A stretch of DNA of 64,000 bases from an uncultured Prolixibacteraceae bacterium (GTDB taxonomy: Bacteria > Bacteroidota > Bacteroidia > Bacteroidales > FEN-979), in contig CAZTSX010000007.1 in the NCBI GenBank assembly GCA_964616825.1, forward strand, positions 40,248 to 104,247, written 5' to 3'. Shown here piece by piece: positions 1 through 8,200 of this stretch (position 1 is the first letter of the stretch; the number at the start of each line of letters is the position of its first letter). Below the pieces are notes generated by a model. It worked only from the letters and a program-made list of their open reading frames with translations, did no database searches and had not been told where the DNA came from. The translations under genes and the position numbers were made by a program.

Positions 1-978
1 TAGCTTCATCTTGGCCACCAGATCGCGCATCTCCTGGTTCTGAGGCATGAAACTTCTCGGCCATGTGGGGGTATATTTCACGTAAGGCCGCTTATACGGA
101 ATCTTCTTCTCATTGGAATAACCAATGGCATGTGCAATACCGGAATCGGGGATTCCGGCAACAAAATCGATCTCCACTTTATCCCTTCGTGCCAAGGCTG
201 CTCCGCATCGATACCGGCAAGCTTCCACATTGATTCCTTCATAACATGAACTCGGATAACCATAATAAACCCAGAGAAAAGCACAAATCTGCATCTTTTC
301 ATTGGGCTGTTTACGTTGCTCAAATCCGTCAGCCGTGATAAACAGGATTTCTCCAGGCCCAATATCCTGAACTATCTCAAATCCGAGGTTATCGAATGAG
401 GTGTTCTCTGAACTTACTGCGTATGCTCCCTCTTTCTTCCCCAAAATGATAGGGGTGCGTCCCAATTTGTCCCGAGCCGCATAGATCCCTTTACCAGTCA
501 ACAACAACATTGAACAAGAGCCTTGCACCTTATCGTATACATTTTCAATCCCTTTTTCGAAGGATTCCTCTTCATTGATCAGCATAGCGATTAACTCGGA
601 AGGGCTCGTTCCATTCGAACCTGTCTCAGAGAAGTAGTGATGGCGACTGAGAGCCCGCTCCGTCAACTCTTCGATGTTGTTGATTTTACTGACGGTCACG
701 ATTGCAAATTCACCCAGGTGCGATCGGATAATGATCGGCTGCGATTCTGTATCACTGATCACACCGATGCCACTGTTTCCCTTAAAACCGGGGAGATCCG
801 TCTCAAATTTGGTTCGAAAATATGAGTTCTCGATGTTATGAATCACTTTTTTAAAACTGCTACCGTTGAACACAGTCATCCCACCCCGCCGGGTTCCGAG
901 ATGAGAATTATAATCAGTACCGTAAAAGAGATCGCTCACGCAATCAGTAGTGGAGATGGTTCCAAATATTCCGCCCAT
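1..978 (-). CDS. PurF-family amidophosphoribosyltransferase-like protein; first 326 aa present, 3' end runs off the window
   Basis: My own minus-strand translation from the ATG at 976-978 gives MGGIFGTISTTDCVSDLFYGTDYNSHLGTRRGGM..., an Ntn-amidotransferase-like N-domain. It is followed by the PRTase motif FVAGIPDSGIAHAIGYS. The ORF is missing from the supplied track because it has no stop inside the window. Confidence 0.8.
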   Translation of the reverse strand, partial: MGGIFGTISTTDCVSDLFYGTDYNSHLGTRRGGMTVFNGSSFKKVIHNIENSYFRTKFETDLPGFKGNSGIGVISDTESQPIIIRSHLGEFAIVTVSKINNIEELTERALSRHHYFSETGSNGTSPSELIAMLINEEESFEKGIENVYDKVQGSCSMLLLTGKGIYAARDKLGRTPIILGKKEGAYAVSSENTSFDNLGFEIVQDIGPGEILFITADGFEQRKQPNEKMQICAFLWVYYGYPSSCYEGINVEACRYRCGAALARRDKVEIDFVAGIPDSGIAHAIGYSNEKKIPYKRPYVKYTPTWPRSFMPQNQEMRDLVAKMKL

Positions 979-1019
979 GTAAGTTTATTATTTAGAATTA
1001 TACTTGTTTCCTAATTCAT

Positions 1020-1059
1020 GGTGATGTGGTGACATGGTGATATGGTGAGTTGGTGAGTA
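1020..1059. repeat. imperfect tandem array, 5 x 8 nt (GGTGAnnT)
   Basis: Read directly as ggtgatgt ggtgacat ggtgatat ggtgagtt ggtgagta. It lies in the divergent spacer between the PurF-like and heparinase-like genes. Confidence 0.85.
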
Positions 1060-1167
1060 AGAGATTCAGAAATAACTCACTCGTTTGACGATTCACGATT
1101 CGCAGAAGTAAAACTACAACAAACAGAAAAGAATAGAATGGAATGTTGACAACTTTGGAAAAGTTAA

Positions 1168-1203
1168 GATATAACCTTTTAGATATAACCCGGATTAATA
1201 GGG
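1168..1203 (+). repeat. copy e of the conserved motif ATAACCTTTT-N9-CCGGATTAAT
   Basis: Sequence gatATAACCTTTTagatataacCCGGATTAATaggg. It is followed 8 nt later by only a 12-codon ORF (MKISCIFAKESR), then by the heparinase-like gene. Confidence 0.7.
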
Positions 1204-1225
1204 AAACACTCATGAAAATAAGTTG

Positions 1226-1233
1226 TATCTTTG
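1226..1233 (+). promoter_or_regulatory. candidate Bacteroidota -7 promoter box (TAnnTTTG)
   Basis: TATCTTTG lies 28 nt upstream of the TTG start at 1262. Confidence 0.4.
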
Positions 1234-1261
1234 CAAAAGAAAGTCGTTAATATACAGCTAG

Positions 1262-3931
1262 TTGAGATACAGAATCCTGATAACAATTCTTTTTTGTCTT
1301 AGTTCCATGACAGGATTCTCCCAGGGTTCATGGAATCCGGCCGGAGCTGATCCCTCTTTTCCCCGAACCTTGCTTGATACCACTCAGATCGGCACGATCA
1401 GAAATACCCTGTCGGATACGAAGATTTATGATCTCTATCAGCTGGTATGGGACAACGCCAATAGCGATATTCCAGCAGGAAACACTACCAATGGCGAACG
1501 GGGCACGCGGGCACTGATCGCCAAAGAGGCAGCTTTTGTGGCACTCATGGATAGCAAACCTGTATTTGGAAATATCATTCCGTTAACTATTCAGGAGCGC
1601 GAACAGCTTAAGGTGAAGAGCAAACAATTGCTTGAGGAGATCAATACAGCAGTTGGTTTTCAGTCGGGATGGATCTTTTACCAAGAGTGGCAAAACCGTT
1701 CGAAGGAGCTGATCAACTATTTAATTGCGTATGATCTTTTACAAGCTACCGATTCCACAGTCTTCAGTCTGCAGTCTGCAAAAGATTCGTTGATTACATT
1801 CACCGCCCATCTCTATCACCGGGCAATGGCGACATATACGGTTTATTTCTGGCATTTTAAATTCTTCGAATTTCAGTTCAACAATCATAGCATCATGACA
1901 GCTTCTGCACTTGGACTGGCTGCTATCTTATTCAATGATTACGAAAATCCTGATCCCGACTACCAGCCACAAAACTGGATCGATGCCGGGTTATGGAACC
2001 TCGACAACACGCTCTTTCGTGAAAACGGCATCTATCCAAGATGTTCTGAACCGGATACGATTGCCGGATATGCTGAAGGGCCCGGCTATTTTGAATACGG
2101 TTTTGAGAATGCGTTCCCCTTTATCCGCGCTTTCTGGAATTTTCTCCCTGACGGGTACTATTCGATGACGTTTAATGCCGTAACCCGCGATATTCGAAAT
2201 CCCTGGTATGACCCCAATTATGATAACCTGTATGAGTGGATGAACCTCATCCGGATGCCTGATGGTAGCTCACCGGCTATTCATGATAGTCCGATCGGCT
2301 TCGGGACCAGCATCACTTCTTTGTCCGGAAAAAGTCGTTTTAACATTCCAAACCTCTCCTATCCGCCAACCGATGCCATGTGGCGCACCCAATATATTGC
2401 TTCGAACGTGCCGGAAGGCTCTTTTTCAGACACGCTGTTCAGAGCCCTCCCTGAAGCCGGCTCGGTAATTTTTCGCTCCTCCCACGATCGGGACGCAGTT
2501 TTCATGCACTTCATCGGAAAACATGACATTCCGCTTAGTGGTGCGAAAGCCCATCACCAGGGAGATGCCAGCAGTTTCTCAATCATGGCAAACGGCGAAC
2601 TGCTGGCTGTTGATCCCGGATATTCCGGTTACCAGGAGTCGTTTGCCATTAACCAGGCATCTAACCACAGTCTTGTATTGATCAATGGTTCAGGTCCCTT
2701 GCCACCCATCGGAGAATTTGTTAGCGTTGAAACCAACACCTGCTGGATCGAAAATTTCTTCAACACCCCACTGCTGGATTATGGGGAAGTACGAACCGCA
2801 TACTTTGACGCTGATATCATCCGGAAAAACCTGTTTGTACGGGATCGCTATTTCATCCTCTCCGATTTCCTCTCCTCCCCCGACCTGAATACCTATACCT
2901 TCCAGGTACAGGGAAACGGACTGATCGGAGGAACTCCCGGGACTCCGGAAGGAGTTTTTACGCCCGATTTCACTAACCATCAGGGTATCTATTCCAGGGA
3001 TTCGACACAATTACTCGTCCATACGACTGTTACCGATGGTGCTGATAGCTATACCTATACAATGGATAGCCTGGCCACAGGCACCAGCCAGTACCGTCAT
3101 TACAGCAAAATGCTGGTCCGGAAAGACAGTGTGGAAAACACACAATTCCTCTCCGTCCTGTTCCCGTTTAAACAAACAGAACCCGATGTAGTTACACTGC
3201 AAACACAACCGGGAATCAATGCGATCATGATTGAAGATGGGAATAATCAAGACCTGGCCTTCACACAGGAAGACTCCTCGCTTGTGGAGATCCCGTTGAG
3301 TATCAGCGGATTTCAAAACAATATTAAAGGCAATGGAGCAATGAATTTCATCTCTTTTTACACGAACTCCTTTCACTCGCTTTTTCTGGAGCATGGAGAT
3401 TCAATGATAGTCGGGAGTCATCTCTATATAAAAGCAGATCACCTTATTGATGTTGCATATCAGCACACAAATGATCTGCTGCATCAGGGATATGTGAGTG
3501 ATGCCGGATGGGTCGGATTCAGGACTGCTACCCCAGGGCATTTCATCCCTACTTCAGGAAACATTATCACATATACTTATGATTTCGATAATTCGCTCCT
3601 CATGGTGCTGTTTGGCGGACCGTCGAATTTCATTCTTGAATACTCTACTGGTGAAGGTGATCGCCCTGGAGAGAATCAGAACGATGAGATCCTCATCAAG
3701 AAGCTTGGAAATGGAAACTATGAGATGGTCATCAACAGTGATCGTTCAGAAGATGGGTTGATATCCATCTACGCTGTTTCCGGAAAGAATGTGTTGACAA
3801 GAAACGTTCATCTGTATCCCGGATCCAACAGCTACAGGTTTGATCTTTTCCGGTTTTCTGATGGACTCTACTTGATTTCCATAGCTTCTGACGCAAAGCA
3901 ATTCTCAACAAAACTTATCCACAACAACTAA
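1262..3931 (+). CDS. secreted heparinase II/III-like polysaccharide lyase-family protein with T9SS C-terminal sorting domain
   Basis: 889-aa ORF with a TTG start and signal peptide MRYRILITILFCLSSMTGFSQ. HHQGDASSFSIMANGELLAVDPGYSGY resembles the heparinase II/III C-domain signature. The last ~80 aa (LISIYAVSGKNV...LYLISIASDAKQFSTKLI) look like a T9SS CTD. Confidence 0.6.
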   Translation: MRYRILITILFCLSSMTGFSQGSWNPAGADPSFPRTLLDTTQIGTIRNTLSDTKIYDLYQLVWDNANSDIPAGNTTNGERGTRALIAKEAAFVALMDSKPVFGNIIPLTIQEREQLKVKSKQLLEEINTAVGFQSGWIFYQEWQNRSKELINYLIAYDLLQATDSTVFSLQSAKDSLITFTAHLYHRAMATYTVYFWHFKFFEFQFNNHSIMTASALGLAAILFNDYENPDPDYQPQNWIDAGLWNLDNTLFRENGIYPRCSEPDTIAGYAEGPGYFEYGFENAFPFIRAFWNFLPDGYYSMTFNAVTRDIRNPWYDPNYDNLYEWMNLIRMPDGSSPAIHDSPIGFGTSITSLSGKSRFNIPNLSYPPTDAMWRTQYIASNVPEGSFSDTLFRALPEAGSVIFRSSHDRDAVFMHFIGKHDIPLSGAKAHHQGDASSFSIMANGELLAVDPGYSGYQESFAINQASNHSLVLINGSGPLPPIGEFVSVETNTCWIENFFNTPLLDYGEVRTAYFDADIIRKNLFVRDRYFILSDFLSSPDLNTYTFQVQGNGLIGGTPGTPEGVFTPDFTNHQGIYSRDSTQLLVHTTVTDGADSYTYTMDSLATGTSQYRHYSKMLVRKDSVENTQFLSVLFPFKQTEPDVVTLQTQPGINAIMIEDGNNQDLAFTQEDSSLVEIPLSISGFQNNIKGNGAMNFISFYTNSFHSLFLEHGDSMIVGSHLYIKADHLIDVAYQHTNDLLHQGYVSDAGWVGFRTATPGHFIPTSGNIITYTYDFDNSLLMVLFGGPSNFILEYSTGEGDRPGENQNDEILIKKLGNGNYEMVINSDRSEDGLISIYAVSGKNVLTRNVHLYPGSNSYRFDLFRFSDGLYLISIASDAKQFSTKLIHNN

Positions 3932-3977
3932 CGAATCTGAAAACTGACATAGTCTATCATCTGGTTCGTGAAGCAGC

Positions 3978-4541
3978 TCATTCTTCTAACAGGTACATCT
4001 TCAATCCTTTTTCATCAACCGGTTCGATTAGCATTTTTTTCAGCGTTTCATAACTTCCAAACCGTTCATGAATCTCCTTTTTTGCAATCAGGGTAGGGTG
4101 TGGACTGATCGTGGCCCGGAACGAAGAGTATCGATACCACTCACAATTCGACACGACCCCATGCTTCCTTGGATTCTGATTGATATATCGCATTACATTA
4201 CACAATACTGCCTCACGGCGGATTTCGATCCGTTTTAGCTTGAAACGAAACAATTTCCCTATATGCCCGGTTTTGTTCACAAAACCCTTCGCATATGAGT
4301 TGAAAAGCAGAGCAAATGGCTTGTACGAATTCCCGTTAACCTCCTCTTTCATTCTGATCAGAAAATGAAAATGGTCGTCGAGAATGCAATATGCCCAGGT
4401 GTCGGCTACAGGCACAATATGCCTTTTGTATAGCTTCAGGAAGAAATGATAGTCCTCCTCTTTCGGAAACAATGGGTCCCCGTTTCTTGTCCGGTTATAA
4501 ATGTGATAAAATTTTCCCGGTTCCAGAATAATGGTTTTCAT
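3978..4541 (-). CDS. REP-associated / IS200-like Y1 (HUH) tyrosine transposase, solitary
   Basis: HUH motif DDHFHFLIRM and the Tyr region RYINQNPRKHG are present. There is no adjacent tnpB and I saw no terminal hairpins. Confidence 0.75.
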   Translation of the reverse strand: MKTIILEPGKFYHIYNRTRNGDPLFPKEEDYHFFLKLYKRHIVPVADTWAYCILDDHFHFLIRMKEEVNGNSYKPFALLFNSYAKGFVNKTGHIGKLFRFKLKRIEIRREAVLCNVMRYINQNPRKHGVVSNCEWYRYSSFRATISPHPTLIAKKEIHERFGSYETLKKMLIEPVDEKGLKMYLLEE

Positions 4542-4552
4542 AGCTTTTTTTA

Positions 4553-4587
4553 CCCATTAATCCGGAAAAGAGGCAAAAGGTTATACG
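4553..4587 (-). repeat. copy a of the conserved motif TATAACCTTTTG-N8-CCGGATTAATGG
   Basis: The reverse complement reads cgTATAACCTTTTGcctcttttCCGGATTAATGGg. It ends 11 nt upstream of the transposase ATG at 4541. Confidence 0.8.
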
Positions 4588-4747
4588 TTGTGGCAACGTT
4601 TTTTATTAACAACTTAGGGATTAAAGGCGATCCCGAAGTTTTTATTCATGAACTGTGAGGTGCGAATAGATCCACAATATCAGGCTGGATAGCCTCTGTG
4701 GGATTCAGCTGATTGAATCAGGGTAGAAAAATATTGTTCGGTGCAGA

Positions 4748-5248
4748 TTAATTTTCCCGGAGAATGTGGTCGTCATACTCAATCTCAAAACTGAGTTTAT
4801 GCTTCGACTCCTCCTGAGCCAAGAGAAGAAACATCTCCCGCATTTCGGGCTGTTGAGCCCGGTCGGCCAGAGCCGTATAGAGTTTGAAAGCCGCTTTCTC
4901 TTTCTTCATAACCAGGATCAGGGCCTCTTCATAGGACATATCCGGCCTGTATTTCACATCCACAAGATAGTCAGAAAGTTTCATGTCTACTACTTTCTCG
5001 GTTCCAAAGACGGCAGCGCCATCCGCCTTCACCTCCATAAGCTTGGCTTTATGAGCCATCTCCTCTTTTGCAAACTCATGAAATGCCTTTTTAATACTCT
5101 CATTCTTAGACAGGTTCGCCAGTTTCAGATAAAAATCCACGGCAGCTTGCTCTTCCCCGATTGCAAAATCGAGTACATCATTGATGTTATTGAATTCTTT
5201 CATAGTTATATGTTTGTATTTGTTTGTTGCTGGTTTCTTGTCCCTCAT
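4748..5248 (-). CDS. ferritin-like / rubrerythrin-family diiron four-helix-bundle protein without a rubredoxin domain
   Basis: The helices EEQAAVDFY, AKEEMAHK, KKEKAAFKLY and AQEESKHK give an E...ExxH x2 pattern. No CxxC pair is present. The ATG at 5246-5248 overlaps the upstream stop codon (ATGA). An alternative start is Met16 at 5203. Confidence 0.7.
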   Translation of the reverse strand: MRDKKPATNKYKHITMKEFNNINDVLDFAIGEEQAAVDFYLKLANLSKNESIKKAFHEFAKEEMAHKAKLMEVKADGAAVFGTEKVVDMKLSDYLVDVKYRPDMSYEEALILVMKKEKAAFKLYTALADRAQQPEMREMFLLLAQEESKHKLSFEIEYDDHILREN

Positions 5249-8200
5249 ACCCTTAAACGTTCTTCAAATTCTTCTTCAAACCGCTTCACCAGGTAATCGC
5301 ATCCGTAATCAAATGAACGATTTAGGTTATCCTCCCTGGTATAAACCATCGCGAGGCTCTCTTCGGGCTGGTCCTCCTCAACATGCGGGAGCAACCGGAT
5401 GATCTCGCTAAAGACATCGTTGCGGCTTTCAAGGCCGTTCAGACCAAATCTTTTCAACAGTTCGATGAACTGCATGATGGAAGAGATCTCAATCCGGGAA
5501 GGCAATACAGGTTCAAATTCAAGAATAGCTTTTTGTGTATTTGAAAACGTGCCGCCAATCTCGGTGGGGAAGGAAGCCGGTAATATCAGGTCTGCTTCTT
5601 TTGCTGTGTCGGTCATAAAATAGTCCTGAACCACAATGAAGGGAATTTGTTTGATCAGAGAAGAATAGGTCTGGGTGGTGTCGCAACCAACCGGATCTTC
5701 ACCGAAAATAAACAGGTTCTTCATTATTTTTTTTGATAGCTTCAGTACCAGGCAATCCGCAACAATTCCCGGTATATCCTTAACATTCCACACATCTTTC
5801 AGTTTCTTGACATATGCTTCATCATCAAGAGGAATTCCTCCAACACCTGTACGACGACTGATTCCCATATCGAACAGGCCCTGAGAGTTATTCTTCTCCT
5901 TGAGTGTGATTAGTCCGTTGGCTGTTTTTCCGAGTTTACCGGTAATCATCGCCAGGTTGAACAGTTCCAGGGAGCTGTTGCTGGTGATCTCTTTTTCTGA
6001 GAAGATAGCGATGGCATTCATCTCAGTATTATACTCTTCAGCGAATTTCCTGATAACTTTTGGCAACACACCAGCATTGGATACCAATGTTGCAAAGTCT
6101 TCTTCCAAAATCTGAAGCTGGTACTCATTCTGTCCGATCACACGATCGCGGAGGAATAAATCGTTTTCTAACCCAAAGGTAAGCAGGTAGTGGTTAACCG
6201 CTTTGATGAAGTAATAATACGACTTCACGTGGATCACCTGATCGACCTTGTGAGTCATCGAACTCTCCTCCTTTTCGGTAACCAGAATTACCGGAATACC
6301 CTCTTTGGCCCGGGCATTATTCACCATGAATCCGGCCACAGCGTGATCCATGTTAATATCTGTCCCAATAAGGAAGATCTTCCCGGCTTTTCGGATGCTG
6401 TCAAGGGGTGCATTCTTTTGATGATTGAACCTGTATCCATCACCCCGTGTGAGGTAATGAAATGATCCAATATTGCCTGTCACGACTGCGGCACGTGCCA
6501 GTTTCTGGATCAGGTACATCTCTTCGTTTGTGAGCCTGGCTCCTGCAAAAAAACTATTTTCATCAGGCTTGACAGCACTGATTTTCTCAACGATTAACTT
6601 GAATGCTTCTTCAAAACTGATTTCCTTAAATTTTCCGTTAATCTTTTTTAACGGCCTGACTATCCGGCTCTTATCATTAAGATAAGCGTATCCAAAGCGA
6701 GGATATCTGCAGATATTGCCCTGTTGGTTCACCACTCCTTTGTTTCCGGAAACACTCATCACAAAGCCGTTGACCTGATTCAGCGTGATCGAACAGCCGA
6801 TTGAACAATAATTGCAGATTGCTTCGGATGGAGTTGTCTGAACCGGCCCGGGCTTGAACAGAACGTTCTCGGTGATCGCTCCTGTCGGACATGTTGAAAT
6901 ACACATCCCACATGATTCACAATTAGTATCCTGCAAGGCTTCTCCCATACTGGGTGAGACAAAAGTTTCAAAACCTCTGTTGACCAGTCCCAGGGCATTT
7001 GCGCCAACCACATCCCGGCAAATTCGGACGCAGCGTGAGCAAAGGATGCATTTATTGTTGTCGATCTCGATATATGGATGGCGGAAATCGACAGCATATT
7101 CGTTGAATTCACCAGCGAATCCTTTCTGGTCAGCATTGTATTCTGTCGAATACTTCTGCAGATCACAATTGAAAAAAGCTGTGCATCCGCATTCGAGGCA
7201 ACGTTGTGTTTCGTGAATTGCCACCACTTCATCAGCGTATCCCAACTCAACCTCATGGAAGTTCATCCGTTGATCAGCTTCCAGCACCGGCATCTCTTCG
7301 CGCTCCTGGGCAATAAACAGATCCTGATAATCTTCCTGAACTTGTGTCCTGAAATTATTGCGCCGGCTAATAAAGGGTTGTTTCAACGGTTTGATCTCAT
7401 CGCCCACCAGGTATTGGTGAGCACTATTTGAAGCAATTTTAGCCTGGGCTATCGCTTCGATGATGGTAGCCGGACCGGTAACGCCATCCCCTGCTGCAAA
7501 AACCGATGGAATACCGGTTTGTAATGTCTCTCTGTCGGCATCAATATCAGCCCACTTATTAACTTCAAGCTTATCGCCTTCGGTATTGGCGTTGATATCA
7601 TCGAGGAAATTCACGTCTGTCTTCTGACCAATGGCAGCCAGGACGTAATCTACGTTGAGTTCAAATTCAGATCCTTCGATTGGTACCGGCCTGCGTCGTC
7701 CCGAAGCATCAGGTTCTCCCAGCTTCATTTTAATACAGGTAACTGATTCCACCTCCCCTTTGTTATTCTTGTTGATCTTTTTAGGAAGTGTAAGAAAGAG
7801 ATATTCCACTCCTTCAAGTTTTGATTCATGGATCTCGATGGGATTGGCAGGCATCTCATTCTCTGTACGACGGTAAATCACATAGACGTTATCCGCCTTG
7901 CATCGCAATGATGTACGGCAACAGTCCATGGCCGTATTTCCTCCTCCGATGACAGCAATGGATTTGCCGCGGAAATCATACCGTTGTCCGGTCATCTCCA
8001 TGTTCTTCAGAAAATCGATCCCTGAGAAAACGTTTTCTGCATCATCCCCTTCACACCCTACACCTGTCCCAATCTGAGACCCGATGGTCAATATCACGGC
8101 ATCGTATTTATCTTTCAGCTCTTGATAGCTAAGGTTCTCTCCTAATTTCTGGTTGTAGAATATATTCATACCCAGATCGGTAATATTCTTCACCTCTTTG

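Noticed and set aside
1016-1213. 65-aa minus-strand ORF in the PurF-like / heparinase-like spacer
   Set aside because: It is composed of the translated octamer array and the conserved motif. It has low-complexity sequence with no coding features and lies in a divergent promoter region.
3978-4747. Y1 transposase gene as a complete IS200/IS605-type insertion sequence
   Set aside because: There is no tnpB. I found no convincing subterminal hairpins or flanking REP clusters; only weak 5-bp stems occur at about 4583-4600 and 4655-4690. I therefore report a solitary RAYT-like gene, not a delimited mobile element.
4766-5296. Long antisense or overlapping ORFs. Examples: 4766-5296, 6780-7256, 6854-7216, 13308-13823, 16488-16919, 19846-20289, 30644-31171, 33912-34442, 43377-43754, 46426-46896, 47841-48185, 57513-57980
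   Set aside because: Each lies wholly inside a longer ORF on the opposite strand or in another frame, and that longer ORF has clear family motifs. The translations are low-complexity or Cys/Arg/Ser-rich shadow sequences.
5245-6800. C-terminal molybdopterin-oxidoreductase-like domain as a genuine formate dehydrogenase, possibly selenocysteine-containing
   Set aside because: There is no in-frame TGA, and no Cys at the position following the MopB 4Fe-4S domain where FdhA enzymes have Cys/Sec. I could not recognise a C-terminal molybdopterin dinucleotide-binding domain. It looks NuoG-like and non-catalytic, though only an alignment can settle this.
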